DNA from: Phoronis australis
Taxonomy: Eukaryota > Animalia > Phoronida
Direction of reading: 5' to 3'
Length of the DNA: 64,000 nt
Assembly (NCBI GenBank): GCA_002633005.1
Contig: NMRA01000133.1
Coordinates: 676,627-740,626, forward strand
In this document: positions 40,779 through 54,574 of the stretch, piece by piece
How the letters are laid out: each line of letters opens with the position of its first letter
How positions within the stretch are numbered: position 1 is the first letter of the stretch
Position numbers and translations under genes: made by a program
The notes under the pieces: model-generated
The model's database searches: none
What the model was told of the DNA's origin: nothing
What the model saw: the letters and a program-made list of their open reading frames with translations, nothing else

Positions 40779-41916
40779 AATAAACTTGCTGTTCATATAG
40801 CCAGGATGATTTAGTGGGTTCGTTCGTGGGTGTACTGGCCGTCCATGTGGAGATCCCTATGATAGCAAGACGAAAGGCGTTGCTTGGATACATGAACGAC
40901 CACCTCTTGTTGATGGCAATTCATGAGAAGAAAACGTAATATTCTTTGTCAATTGAAAATATTTAATCCAAAAACATTTTTCTCGCCCTCTTTATATTTA
41001 ATTTCTTGGTGATACTGTATATTCTCATGGTTATGCACCTGCGCACGTGAGACTGTGTCATTATCGGGAGTTAGGCGCATGCGAAACATCTTAGAAAAAA
41101 CAAAGCGCTACTTAATGTGAGTGAAACTGGACGTGCATCTTTAAAACGACACATTTTGACTCAGCATACATTATTTGAATGAAAAAGACAAAGAATGGAC
41201 AAAACAAACACAGAATACATTTACATGTAATTGAATTCAATGGAACTACTTTTCGTGTCTAGATAAAATGGAACGTCGCTTCAGTCATGGGTGTAGCCCC
41301 GGTGAACACTGAATCGCACGTCTATTTAATTGTGCGATTGGCCTACGATCTGGTAGTGGCACGAGCAGTTATAATAGACTGGTTGTGTAATGACTCGAGA
41401 CTGGTAGTACACCTTTAGATTAAATACTCCGAGTCGAGTATTTAATATGTAGTTACAACATCATTGTTAGCAGCTTCGACATAATGACATTAAAATCGGT
41501 CACAGCTGGATTTTGAACGATTTTCCAAGGATTGGTAAGGTGCTATCTCCGTGACCAGTCGTGCAGTCTACACATGCTATTTTCTCTCAATGTTCAATGA
41601 TAATCTATGCATCTAATACTCCATTTTTATTATAAAATTAATCATTTATCTATTTTTATATTGCAACACCTAGTGAATTTTGTTTCTTAAAATGTAAGTA
41701 CATTTATCCCATACGCGTTGAATTTGTCGAGGGAAATTCAGCCATGTAATACAGTTTTACGTATTCACCTCTCGCACTACTTCAACAGCGACATAAAAAT
41801 AGCTACAGCTACAACGACTTTGTTTGAGCTCGAAAAACCGGTGTCATTGCAAGCAAGCCCTCCGGAGCTAAATTACACAATGCGTAGACTAAGAACATAT
41901 TATGCCTTGTTGAGCA

Positions 41917-42041
41917 CTAGGACCTCGCTAGGACCCGGCTAAAGAGCAAGACTTCGCGGGATTACGCGAGACTTTGTCGTCTGTTTTCAATGAGCACGTG
42001 ATTTTGGCAAGATTTTTCTTACCGTGAGACAGCTACCCTGG
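41917..42041. mobile_element. MITE family B, partial copy
   Basis: ctaggacctcgcta...agcaagacttcgcgggattacgcgaga...gagcacgtgattttggc. Confidence 0.7.
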
Positions 42042-42465
42042 TGTTATTGGTGTAATTTAATTTGTGAATTTTTAATTGTCATGAAAGGGCGCGAAACTAT
42101 CCTTCGTGCATGATGAGCACGTGACTGATATTACGTCTGGTATGGACTGAGTCACCTGACATGGACCAAGTCATCTGACATGGACTTCTAGCTTGTGTAC
42201 ATTAACACGACGTTTCGGTCGGTTATTTCATCGGTCATTATAAAGGTGCATGCTCCTAACTATACAAATGTATAACAGGAACTAAAGGACAATGCTATTT
42301 GAATATCATCTACGCTAAACAAAGCGCAGTTGACAACTTGTAACGTGAAAACAAAAAATTCTGTAAATAGGTGAGCTTTGCAATAATGTCGTACCTTGGG
42401 AGATCGTATAGCCCGCATCATGCAGTGTTATTTCCCCAACACTACGTCACGATATTAACTAGACT

Positions 42466-42625
42466 CGGTTGAGTGATTTACGGCGGATCATTTTCGACAC
42501 AAAAGTCGTTCTTAAAACCATTCGGAAATTTTCAGCGTAATTCATATTCGCATCATTGCTCTACGCAGTGTTTTTAACTAATTTGACCAAGCAATCTCAG
42601 AGATAAGAAATTAGCGTGCAAGTTC
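42466..42625 (+). repeat. Dispersed repeat (inverted copy at 25654-25808)
   Basis: Reverse-complement match to 25654-25808. Confidence 0.8.
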
Positions 42626-44385
42626 CACTTTAAGGTGTTACACCATTCAAAGAAGTACGCTAAGGGTTGGAGTACTAGAATTCTATATCAAACGAACTTT
42701 TATCATGCTGTTGATATCGTCATTTTGTTTGAGTGTGCCTTTTTTACTTAATTTTACTAAAAATGACACGGTCACGTGAACCAAGAGATTACAGATTGAT
42801 TCAAAGTAAAAAATCTAACTCTGCGTGCTTTCTGCTTTTGATGTTTGCATGCCTTTGAATCTTGGTAGATCCTTTGTGTTCTTTTTCATAAAATTTGGCA
42901 AATAGTCTCCTATTACGGAGTCAACAACGCCTTTAAATTTCTGATGGATTCGGCCGATTCTGCACCACCTAGTGGGCTATTGTCGTCCGTATCCGTCTAT
43001 CTGCGTAGAGGATCATTATGAAAATCGGCAGATTGGATCCTACTAACAAGCGCACCACTAGCGTAGATTTTCGGGAAGGTACGATAACTGTGGCGCTTCG
43101 TAGTGGCATGTTTTTACCTACACCTGTTTCTCCTAAACCCCTTGCAGGATGTCTGCAAAATTTGGCTTGTGTATTGGATTGAAGGTAAGCGTAGATGGCG
43201 TTTTCTTTCGGACGTGCCTCGTTATGGCAGTGCTTACGTTTACTTCTGTATCGTAGGAGTTCCTTGGTAGAATTTCATGAAATTTGGCAGATTTTATTAA
43301 GGAGATGACAACGCCTTCCCATTTTCGGACGTGTTGGACGTTTTCTGCGCCATCTGGTGGCCATTTTACGGTACTGATAAACACCCCAAGCAGCATACCG
43401 TTCGAGGTGCTGTCGTGGGCGCATCACAACGCAGTGGTTATGTGTCAAGTATTTTAGGAACTAACACGCTTTTTGAATAATGATATGTGCATTTTTCTCC
43501 ATCAACAACGGCAATTGTTATGTGACTCGCAGGCTTGAGATTGCGACTGTGAATCCCCTTGTGTGGTGGTTTCTCAAGTCGCTCTACATGTTTTCAGTTA
43601 TATTAGTAAAAATGCACCGGCGTAGCATTTTCCTTGAGTGGTAATTTCTATGCCATCATTGAGATGCCTTTTGTGCTGGATGATAGTAACCCGATCAGAT
43701 ACAGAAGTGGGCGTGTCATCCGGGCGCAACAGCTCTGTAAGAGTCGTGTCATGGATGGTCTTTGAGGTGCATCGCGTATGTTGCCAAAATTCTCATGTTT
43801 TTCAGAATACAATTACAAGTATGTTATTTTCGTAAACTCAGAGAAATTAACTTGTTCGAATCTTTTTAGTTGATCCTGCGGACTCGTTTGGTTTATCACG
43901 TATGTCCAACAAAATGTCTTTTGTAGAAAGTCACAATAGCTCAATTGATATCTGTATCAGTTCGAACCACGTGACTAGCAGATTTTAGTAAGCAATTTAT
44001 ATTATTTAAATCCTCAGTTTATGTGGGTGTTGACGTGTTATATCAGGTCAAATTGGTTGATGAATTTGATTTCCCGAAGTACCAATAGATACCATCGTGA
44101 ATCACTGGACCCTCATGTATAGATCAACCATGAAGTGTCATCTCATCCCGAGACGGTTTGATAGCCTTTCATTAGGTTGAGCGTCATTGAATCAACTTCT
44201 AGTTCTGCCTGCGAGTAAGTAATGTTTGAATTGGTGTTCACTTCGTGTTGGACAAGATATTTTTCTAACTTGAAAGCCGAACTATTAAAATCTATCATTT
44301 CAATTTAGTGATTCACGAGAATAGCCACATATTCTGTAGAGCAGTAAACGACTACAAATTCACTTTTGTTCGTTGTTGAACACAG

Positions 44386-45066
44386 ATAAGTATTGCTTAA
44401 CGTCCATGACCCCGGGGCTTCGTTTCTTGGTAGTTTACCGTGACGCTCGAGTTCACAGGTTCAACGAGGGGAATTTGAGTTCGATAGAGGAACACAGAAT
44501 ACCCTGACTGGCGTCGGGGCATCAAAATTTTAAGTCGGACCCAGTAAACACTGCGGCCTGAGTTCAAAGTAACACTCTATACTGCGTACCGAAAAACGGT
44601 TCGGGACGGCCCTATCTCCAATAACAGGATTAAATAGTCATCTCAACCCGGCAGGGGTTAGGTCATTGTGTGTCCAGATATTGACTCATGGATGATGTAC
44701 TGGGTCGAATTGAATATTTCCTATANATAAGTATTGCTTAACGTCCATGACCCCGGGGCTTCGTTTCTTGGTAGTTTACCGTGACGCTCGAGTTCACAGG
44801 TTCAACGAGGGGAATTTGAGTTCGATAGAGGAACACAGAATACCCTGACTGGCGTCGGGGCATCAAAATTTTAAGTCGGACCCAGTAAACACTGCGGCCT
44901 GAGTTCAAAGTAACACTATATACTGCGTACCGAAAAACGGTTCGGGACGGCCCTATCTCCAATAACAGGATTAAATAGTCACCTCAACCCGGCAGGGGTT
45001 AGGTCATTGTGTGTCCAGATATTGACTCATGGATGATGTACTGGGTCGAATTGAATATTTCCTATA
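44386..45066. repeat. Tandem duplication (340 bp x2) joined by a single N at 44726; probable artefact
   Basis: 44386-44725 versus 44727-45066, about 2 differences seen. Confidence 0.9.
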
Positions 45067-45456
45067 ATTCAGCAACTGGTCTGTTTTCCCGTCTGGACGC
45101 TGTGGACCGCTGAATACTATTTTTGCCATAAAAAATAGAGTTTGCGTAGTACCCACAGAGTATCAGGTAGGTGACAAATGAATCACTTTCCTGTTTCCCA
45201 TTTGGCAATTCCGACTGGTGAATGTTGACCTCACGGCGGTCAGACGAGTTATCTATAGTTGATGATTCAATTATCCTTTTCAGGTCATCACAAAAATATT
45301 AATGGAGTTTTTGACATTGTCGTAGTCACGTGGCAGAACATTTCTGACTTTTCCTGTGTCGATCAACCAGGGTCAACAATGTTTTCTGGATAGAAGGGCG
45401 TGGGCTGGATTCTTTGCTTGAGTGATCGCATAATTGGTGATAATTTAAAAATCACA

Positions 45457-46099
45457 ATGGCAGCTTCTGCGTTCAGTTTTTGGCGCGGCATTTTCAGCGG
45501 AAGGAGGGCAATTCAGGAAGGGGGTAATCAAAGCGATGTAACCGCGGGAGAGTTATCGGAAATCGAGAAAGCATCAACAGACAAGGCAAAACAAACGAGT
45601 CATAGACAGAGGAGAGTTGGGTTAGTGCGTCAGGATAATACCGACGGGAGCATTGAGGAGAGCGAGCTAAGTACAGGAACGTCAAACGAAGAAATGAATA
45701 CACATTCTACAAGTAACGGATATGACAACACTTTAGATATTACTCGAAAACCATCTTTGGGAAAAATTCTCGCCAAAAGATTGTCAAATGTAGACTTCGA
45801 TGTCTGTTCTCCCGACGTCTGCGTTGGCTTACTGCGCATTCCAACAAGACATATTTTCTCAGCCTTGAAAAAGAAAATCAAGACTTCAGACTTGGAATGG
45901 ATGCAGGGTTTTCTAGACGAAGATGGCTTGAAGGTTTTACTTGACAGTGTGGAAAGTTTAGGGTCGAGGAAGGTTACTCAGCTAGCAGATGCCATGGTTC
46001 TCCTTGAGAATATTTCATGCGTTAGGTGTGTGATTAACTCAAGGATTGGACTCGAGTATATTGTAAATCACAAGGATTACATTAGACAGCTCATTACAG
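45457..46099 (+). CDS. INF2: INF2-like formin, variable N-terminal DID exon V3 with a long N-terminal extension (214 codons + 1 nt)
   Basis: atcacaATGG start; CSPDVCVGLL...EWMQGFLDEDGL...SCVRCVINSRIGLEYI...YIRQLIT; phase-1 donor ACAG|gtaaat. Confidence 0.9.
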
Positions 46100-49000
46100 G
46101 TAAATATCATAATTCAATAACCAGATTATTGAAATATTCTAAGTATCATTTCACCAAACAGTTATTGATAAACCATTCGCAAATTCCGCCAAAGAATGAA
46201 ATGGGTGGTTGTGGGGTCAATAATTACAAAAAATATTTATATTGAACAGAAAGTTTCACCTGACTGCTTATTGGACATATGAATTCAAGTTAATGCATAT
46301 TTGCGATCTTGAGATTAAGCGTAATTCCTAGTTCAAGCACAACATAAATGGCCATTAACACCTGCAGCAGCCATACCACAGAAACAAGTTAAGTTTGCAC
46401 AGAACAATCAATACTCAATCTCTTGCTCAGGTCGAACGGTGTGATAAATTTTGATTGTTATTGATCAGGTACAAACTCTCTCAGAGTTATCACATGAACT
46501 ATACACTAGCGTGGTCTATCATTAACTTGGATTTCCATTCAAATTTTGAGCATGGGTAGAACTGGGGTGCTAAAACTGAATTGTTCCCGACCGCCAGCAT
46601 TGAAAATACTGAATAGAATGAAATAGTCATTAATTTATGAATCTTTTCACATTAGCTCATGGTACCAGGTCGTGGTGGCGAGACATGCGGTCGAATCGAA
46701 CGTGGTATTTTTACACAGCCTTGTCTTATTAACTTACAAATTATACAATACAACTGATGAGAGGGCGATGAGATAAACCGTGTCATCTGTTGAGTTGCGA
46801 TCTGAGCTTTGTTTTGTGTGAATTGATATTTTTCTGTCTATGTGCCTCCGTTTAAGTCCTGACTTGGCTCTGGTGTGCGCTCTATGTCTGGATCAAAGCG
46901 TGATTTTTTGTGATGTCCCATGCCTAGATTGCCCAATGCGTTTTCTTTAGTCTTGTGTTCTCCGCACAGATCTCCGAACACCGTTATTCCCATAAGACGT
47001 GTTGTTTTTTCCACCTTTGGTGAGCTAGGTTCCGGCAAAATCATTTTTGTTTTCTTAGTGACAATTACCTCTTTCAGTAAACTAGTTGTCGGGTATATTT
47101 GTAGCGCAAATCCTTGGCGATAAGAGTTGTTATTTACTGGTAAATGAGAAGTTTTTTTTGAATTCTTGTGCTTCGTATGAATTAATTTTCTTGGAGATTG
47201 AAACTTAGAAACTCAAATGTGGCTGGGTAGCAACTATTGCTTGTCAGTTAAATAAAATAAATAATTAATTGGTTAATACACATGTATTTATGTTCGACGT
47301 ACCCCAGTGATAAATATGAGCGCGTCCCAGTCTCCGCTTCTAGTTGTGTCACTGTGTTGGAGACTGGTTCTTTTGCCGATGATAACATTGCCAATGGTTC
47401 ACATCGTGCGGTTTGATTATTTCAGTCACCATGATATGTGGATTTATGATAATTAATTTTCTTCAAGTGTCTTCAGAGTTTATCACAGGTCACATAAAGG
47501 TTCATATCGGGTGCTGACACAGTGATAGCACTTGAAAACTCATGTAAGGAGACACTTGTAACTGCACTCAACAATAAATGTGGCTGAGATGTCATTCTCA
47601 AGAGTTGCGTTTCCAAAACACGAACCAATGCTAAATCGGCAACGGTGTAAAAGTTACATGAATTATCAGAAAAAAAATTACGCACGAGACTCCATCTCCC
47701 AAATAGAAATTTCCCCCTGTTCAGCGCTTGAATGATGATACTTGTTTTGTCGAAAATGTCATAAAATAATAGTGTCTATGTTTATGATATATAAACTAAC
47801 AGGGAAACTGCTGTATGAGCAGTTTTGCAGAACTCGCTGAGTTTCGCCACCTTTTTCAGAATTTTACGGCTTGAGAAAAACACCTCGCTAAGGTACTGTA
47901 GGACCCTAGAAAAATGTTCAGTTTTGGCAAACTCCGGAAAAATCAGTCGTGTCTCAGAAATGGCTGATCAGATTCACATGAACCTTTCCCACACTATACT
48001 TTATGCACTGCTCTACAAAACGATGTTAGGATTTATTTTAAAACATTCCACTTTTGCATGACGGACTATCAAATATAAGACCTGTATGATTTTTATGAAA
48101 AAATAAAGTGACTCAGAAAACCGTAACAGCTTTCTTGAGATTTTATCTTAAAAGTTTATGAGAAAAAAGCAATGATCGAAGGTATTTTGCCAATGCCCCG
48201 CGATTACTTTCACGTGACTTACTTTCACTTTTGCCGAATCCATAAAAAATGTTTGATGAAAGTCTTTGTTAAACGACATGTACTATATACTTGACTATTA
48301 AGCAAAATGAGAGACTTTACAGATAGTTCTGTCTGGTGAACTTGAAATTCTTTAGATACATACAGTTCTCTGCACATTTGTCTCGTAAATCGAAGTAGCA
48401 GTTTGGCAAGCGCGCAGCTTTTGTCGGGAATCACGCACGGCAATTGTTAATATGTAGTGGTTTTCTAAACGTATGTTATCATTTTGGTACTTTTTATTCT
48501 ATTAGATAAATCAGAAATGTAGTATATCATTCATCCATAGACTTGAGGACGTAATTTTTTGAAAATTCAGTAGGACCAAACTTTTTTAATCTTATAATTA
48601 CATTACGTAAATACCACGTGTATATCACGTGGATAACGCCGGGATTAAACCGGCATTAACGGTTTTACATCTAAAAACGCATTTTGGATTTATTGTTGGA
48701 AGTTTTTAACTTTGACCAGAGATTTTAGATAACAAAACCCATTAAGTTTTTGCGATTTTATCACAACTCGCCACTTCACGCCATTGTCTATCAGACATTC
48801 GCTGAAATCGAGGCCGTCGACTTCACCAGTCGCAGTGTAAATACATTTAAATACTCTGCCATTTATTAAGACATATTCAGATACACCAGCAGAGTGTTAA
48901 AGGGTTGCAATTTCGATTCTGCGCTAATTTCCGAAAACCACTTTTCTTGCCTATAAAGTCATTTTCATGAATTGTTTCAGTCTTCTAATACAGATGTTAT

Positions 49001-50544
49001 TCAATATTACTAAATTGTAATATTTACTTTCAAACAATTGCCAACAATAATTTTCCAAGAGTTGATGTACTCCCGTGGTTCTTTTTATTCACAAATTATA
49101 GGACACGTTAAAGTACCCCAAAATGAATGCGTGAGTGCTTTGAGCAACAGCCAATAACCTCCAGTGCTCTGCAATCATTACAGTGCTGTGTGTGTTGTTT
49201 GTTTCTATTCTCTATGACTGTGAATGACGGTATGTTCAACATTTGAAAAAAGCTCGGATGTTTACTAAGTCTGAACATATAACCTCGTTCGTTCCCATAC
49301 AAAATTAGGGGGACATTGGCAATGACTGGTTTGTATTAGGGGGTCATTCGCAGTGACTGGTGTATATAAACTTCTGAATTAGTTGCCTTTTGCCTATTGA
49401 AATTTTGTTGTAGTAGCATAATGGAGTGGGTAGTAGTTTATTATATTTTACGTTTTCATTTTTGCGTTTCCTCGCATATATCACCTTTTATCTATTGAAT
49501 AAACACGAGTGCAATTTCGTCTGACCGACTAACGTGTCTTGTCGTTTACAAAATTTTTGCCCGTTGTTGACTTGATTTGAGCATTCAGGAATATAACCCC
49601 AACTGCTCGCGGTGACTGTTGTGTAAAGTCCTGCCCGCACAGTTCGTTTTTGTATACTATTTGACATTGCCTAGGACTTCTTATGCAACTTTTGGAAAGT
49701 TATCTACACGCTGCGGTGGTCGAGAAGCTCAAAAAGCCATATAGGCCCACTCGTCTTCACACTGCGATTAGTCGTATAGGAAGTCGGGGACTAGTCGTAT
49801 GGGAAACGTCGGAGTGTGCTGGGGATAAGTCGCATGCGACTTTGTGTAAACTTTGTATACGACAATTAAGGTGTGTGCACAGAGGTTCAGAAGTCGTATA
49901 CACCATCTCCACCTACAAATCGTATACGACTTCTCCTCCTATAAATCGTTTACAGCGTTTTAGCTCGAAAAATCATGTTGCAACTCGTGAGTTGTATACG
50001 ACAATCAATTACAATACGAATAGCCGGTGTGTGTAGATAGGCAGTAAAGCGTTACCGAAGCGTAAAACGACATGTTTGTGCAACCTGAAACTCCACCATA
50101 CCAATCGTTACCGTGTACGTGACATGTATAATGCACGGTACGGTATAATTCATGAAATTGGTAATACTTCTATGTATGTTTTTTTTTCATTGCATTACAT
50201 GTTTGGCGGAAAATAGAATATTATCACGAGATTTTTTGAAACTTTAAAAGCTGCAAATAAGTGTTAAGCTCATTTTACAAACATGTCGCGCAGGACACTA
50301 TCCATCAGTCATTATTTTCAAAATTACGGTGTTAGCCTGAGCAATTATCTATTAGAAATAATTGGGAATTAAACGAATATCAGACGAATTACCGTCGTAC
50401 GATATCATTACAGCCTTGTGCAACGATGTTTGCGCAAATTATTGTGGATGAATGGAAACTTCTGTATTAGAACTGCTGGCGATGCGGGGTTTGTACAATT
50501 GTAGTTAATGCACGTGGTGCGACGACACATTGCTGTGAGGATAA

Positions 50545-50693
50545 CCAGGGTAGAGTTCAGTAACGGTAGTACCTCGCTAGAAAAGCAAGATCTCGCGAGA
50601 TTCCGCGAGATGTCGCCGTGTATATTCAATGAGAGCACGTGATTTTGGCTGGATTTTTTCTCGCAGTTGGACAGCTATAGAACTCTACCGTGG
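50545..50693. mobile_element. MITE family B
   Basis: ccagggtagagttcagta...tagaactctaccgtgg TIRs; internal match to 16014. Confidence 0.8.
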
Positions 50694-52477
50694 TGCCGGT
50701 AAACCTCTCGTGTTGATCATTGCAGATATCCATTTTTCACAGCCTGGCTGCGGTCCCCAGCCAACTTAAGGCATCAAAATGTATTTCAGTGTGTTTATCC
50801 TTAATGTTAAGCAGAATAGCTTACACTTGAGACTGATGAGCTTAGTTTGGTGAACTAAAATGCACTTGTTACTGATTCTGTACCGAAAATCTTCAGGGAT
50901 ACATGCTTAACACAGTTCGATATTCAAAGCATTTTATTGGGCTCGAGTTAGGATTTCCAATAAAAGACCGTCATCAAAGTTTATGTGATTCCAACATATC
51001 CATCGAAAACTGACAACAAATTTGTGCAAACGCTGTGTTCATGTCGGATGTTTGTGCTCTCATATGTCCGGTCCAGTACTTCTATGTCAGGTCATGACGT
51101 GGTGGATCGTTTCTTCAAAAGTTAATGTCCTAAATCCCATTGTAGACGACAACGTATATACGTTTTATGTATATAAAATTGAAGCGCATAATAAAATAAA
51201 AAGACACAAGACGAGTAGTTCCCATTAGTCACCAGGCACATGGCCTTTTACGTTGACCATATCAACGCGAGTCGTTAGTCCTGTTGTATATGGAGGATTT
51301 CTTATTTTCTTTTATGAACGCTGGCTTTTCTATTGGTCTGGTACCCGCGGTAGATGAACAGTCTGTCGGGACACCAGGGAAGCATGTCAGTGTGAATGAT
51401 TGAAATGCGCGTGCTCCCAAGAGAACTCGGCGTTACATAGAGAAAAATTACCTAACGTGAATAGAATTTATAGTATGGGACGCAGTTGTCGGATTCAAAA
51501 TGCTGAACTGAGCATCTAGAAATGCTAGGTTGCACGAAATACTATTGACATAACGGAATAATCTTGGTGGAAGAAGGTTAGGTGTCTGTCAGTCGCACAA
51601 TATTTCCTCTCGTCACGCGGTGTAGAATGTAGAAGGACCAGGGAAAGCGAATTTCAACTTAATTTTTCGTATTTGATTTTCTAACATCTATGAATAGGTC
51701 TTAATTTAAGTCGCAGGTGATGCGTTCTTTCAACAAACATAACTTCGAGGGCTGGAGTCGAGTCAAATTAAAGCTGTATTTTGTAGCTGTTTAGCTGCTT
51801 AGCGAAGGGCGTTGGGTTCAAAAACATTACCGCGCTCATCCCGTCTTGAAGTATTGCCGTGTGAGCCGGCAATTCAAGTCACGTGCAATACGTGCGCCAT
51901 TTTCGAATCCGCTAATCAAAAGCGTCTTCTTGAGTCCTGGACTGTTTCGGTGTTGCGATTATTGACGTGGAAGCTTGTTGTTGTAAGGAATGTTATGAGA
52001 CCAGTTTCACGAGAGTAAAGGCCTAATTCGGTTTTCATTTTTAGCCGGATCACAAATATATATCATTACTTACTTTCTGGTGCAACAAGACAGTTGTGAA
52101 AGGAAGAAAAATAAAAAAACATATGTTAGGCGTTATTTCCCATGTTTGTGCGTGATCGTTTGTCGTCGGCCATGTTGAGTGCCATCTTGAATACGTAACC
52201 ACACCACACTTGGATAGCGATGAAGTTGCTCCCTGTTGAGATATTTATAGTCGGTTATGTCTTACACACATGACTGCCCATGGTAATGTGATCAGTAATA
52301 GGTAAACCACCACCAATAATCTGCATGACTTTGATATGTCTGCCAACAATGAACTAAAACATGCGAGTGACAGTGCGTCGATCTGCATTGATCTGTAAGT
52401 GTCCAATGTCTTTTCCCCTGTATTCTGATTCCTGTGCTAGTATTTATTAATGACTTCCTTGAAGCTGACAATTGAAT

Positions 52478-54574
52478 AAAGGCATAGTGATGATGATCGC
52501 AATTGTTGATACACGCAGCCAATTAGAGGAGCATTTGGGCCATTCTATTCAGTTACATGCAAGTTTAACGTGGTTCCTGGAATAAAAACTAGTAGTAGCA
52601 GTAAAATACGTGTAAGTGGCTTTGTGTCCAATGTCCCGGATTATCGGTTGGTATCGATTGTCACTTATGCTGAGGCCTTTTTCGAAATATTATGTACAGC
52701 TCTATTTTCGGTCTGAAAACCCCGCGGTAGGGTTGAATGTTCTTAAAAACCTTCAGTATGATAACATTTCCAAGGTGGCGACCAGGAATACCACCAAATA
52801 TGCGGGTAAATCCGTGGGATAGTATATGTTTCAAATCATCGGCCGCCCTCGTCGATGTAAATATGGGTGACTGCAGCAATGAAAAATGTTTGCTCACTGT
52901 TTTTGAATTTACAAACGAAAAGGAATATTAATGCGTAGGCGTGTTTTATCTAAGCACTGGCAAGGCGATAAGATATATGCTTTATTTATTTTGTTTATCT
53001 GCAATATAGTATGCTCCGGCGTCACAATATTAGCACCGGTAAACATTTTTTAATTCAAATTAATGGTTATGGTCTTTCCATGACCTATGATTAATAGTGT
53101 AACAGGGATGTTACCGTTTGCCCCGGTGAGAAATAGGATAGCAATCGTGTGACCTCGAATCGCCATGTCGTTGTCCCGAGACATGTAAAATGAATTGCGA
53201 AAAATATCAACATGCCCTAGTCCAGTGGGATTTTTGAACAGGTCATATGCGTAAGAAGCAGGGAGCAGGGGTGGCGATCGCCCCCATGCCCACTCACACT
53301 TGTGAAATTGGAGGCATCCCCCACACATACGCACTAAATAGGGACGGTACTTGGGTCGACTGGGAGGATAATTGCCCCCTAATAATGTGAAAACTTCGTG
53401 GTGACCGATATAGGCGCAGGACGCTTGGCAGGTGCAGTCGAGAAAAAGACACAGCAAAACATGTAGAAGAGAGCAGATTATAAAACATTTGTTATCTACC
53501 AATCTTAGATTTATTCTTTTGNAAAGGCATAGTGATGATGATCGCAATTGTTGATACCCGCAGCCAATTAGAGGAGCATTTGGGCCATTCTATTCAGTTA
53601 CATGCAAGTTTAACGTGGTTCCTGGAATAAAAACTATCAGTAGTAGCAGTAAAATACGTGTAAGTGGCTTTGTGTCCAATGTCCCGGATTATCGGTTGGT
53701 ATCGATTGTCACTTATGCTGAGGCCTTTTTCGAAATATCATGTTCAGCTCTATTTTCGGTCTGAAAACCCCGCGGTAGGGTTGAATGTTCTTAAAAAACA
53801 TCAGTATGATAACATTTCCAAGGTGGCGACCAGGAATACCACCAAATATGCGGGTAAATCCGTGGGATAGTATATATGTTTCAAATCATCGGCCGCCCTC
53901 GTCGATGTAAATATGGGTGACTGCAGCAATGAAAAATGTTTGCTCACTGTTTTTGAATTTGCAAACGAAAAGGAATTGTTCAATGCGTAGGCGTGTTTTA
54001 TCTAAGCACTGGCAAGGCGATAAGATATATGCTTTATTTATTTTGTTTATCTGCAATAAAGTATGCTCCGGCGTCACAATATTAGCACCGGTAAACATTT
54101 TTTAATTCAAATTAATGGTTATGGTCTTTCCATGACCTATGATTAATAGTGTAACAGGGATGTTACCGTTTGCCCCGGTGAGAAATAGGATAGCAATCGT
54201 GTGACCTCGAATCGCCATGTCGTTGTCCCGAGACATGTAAAATGAATTGCGAAAAATATCAACGTGCCCTAGTCCAGTGGGATTTTTGAACAGGTCATAT
54301 GCGTAAGAAGCAGGGAGCAGGGGTGGCGATCGCCCCCATGCCCACTCACACTTGTGAAATTGGAGGCATCCCCCACACATACGCACTAAATAGGGACGGT
54401 ACTTGGGTCGACTGGGAGGATAATTGCCCCCTAATAATGTGAAAACTTCGTGGTGACCGATATAGGCGCAGGACGCTTGGCAGGTGCAGTCGAGAAAAAA
54501 GACACAGCAAAACATGTAGAAGAGAGCAGATTATAAAACATTTGTTATCTACCAATCCTAGATTTATTCTTTTG
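52478..54574. repeat. Tandem duplication (~1.05 kb x2) joined by a single N at 53522; probable artefact
   Basis: 52478-53521 versus 53523-54574, near identical with SNPs and small indels. Confidence 0.9.

Noticed and set aside
31819-46099. V exons as haplotype or assembly duplicates
   Set aside because: They are far too diverged, have unrelated flanks and are not at N junctions, unlike the near-identical N-hinged duplications.
31819-46245. V1, V2 and V3 as three independent single-exon genes (ORFs of 150, 230 and 281 aa)
   Set aside because: Homology stops exactly at a shared GT donor and the read-through tails are unrelated intron-like sequence; half a DID is unlikely to fold alone. Intron-retained forms are not formally excluded.
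53050-54555. Duplicated 165/137-aa minus-strand ORFs, and likewise the ORFs at 35268-35698 and 36851-37281
   Set aside because: No recognisable domain, frames differ or break between copies, and they repeat only because of the N-hinged duplications.
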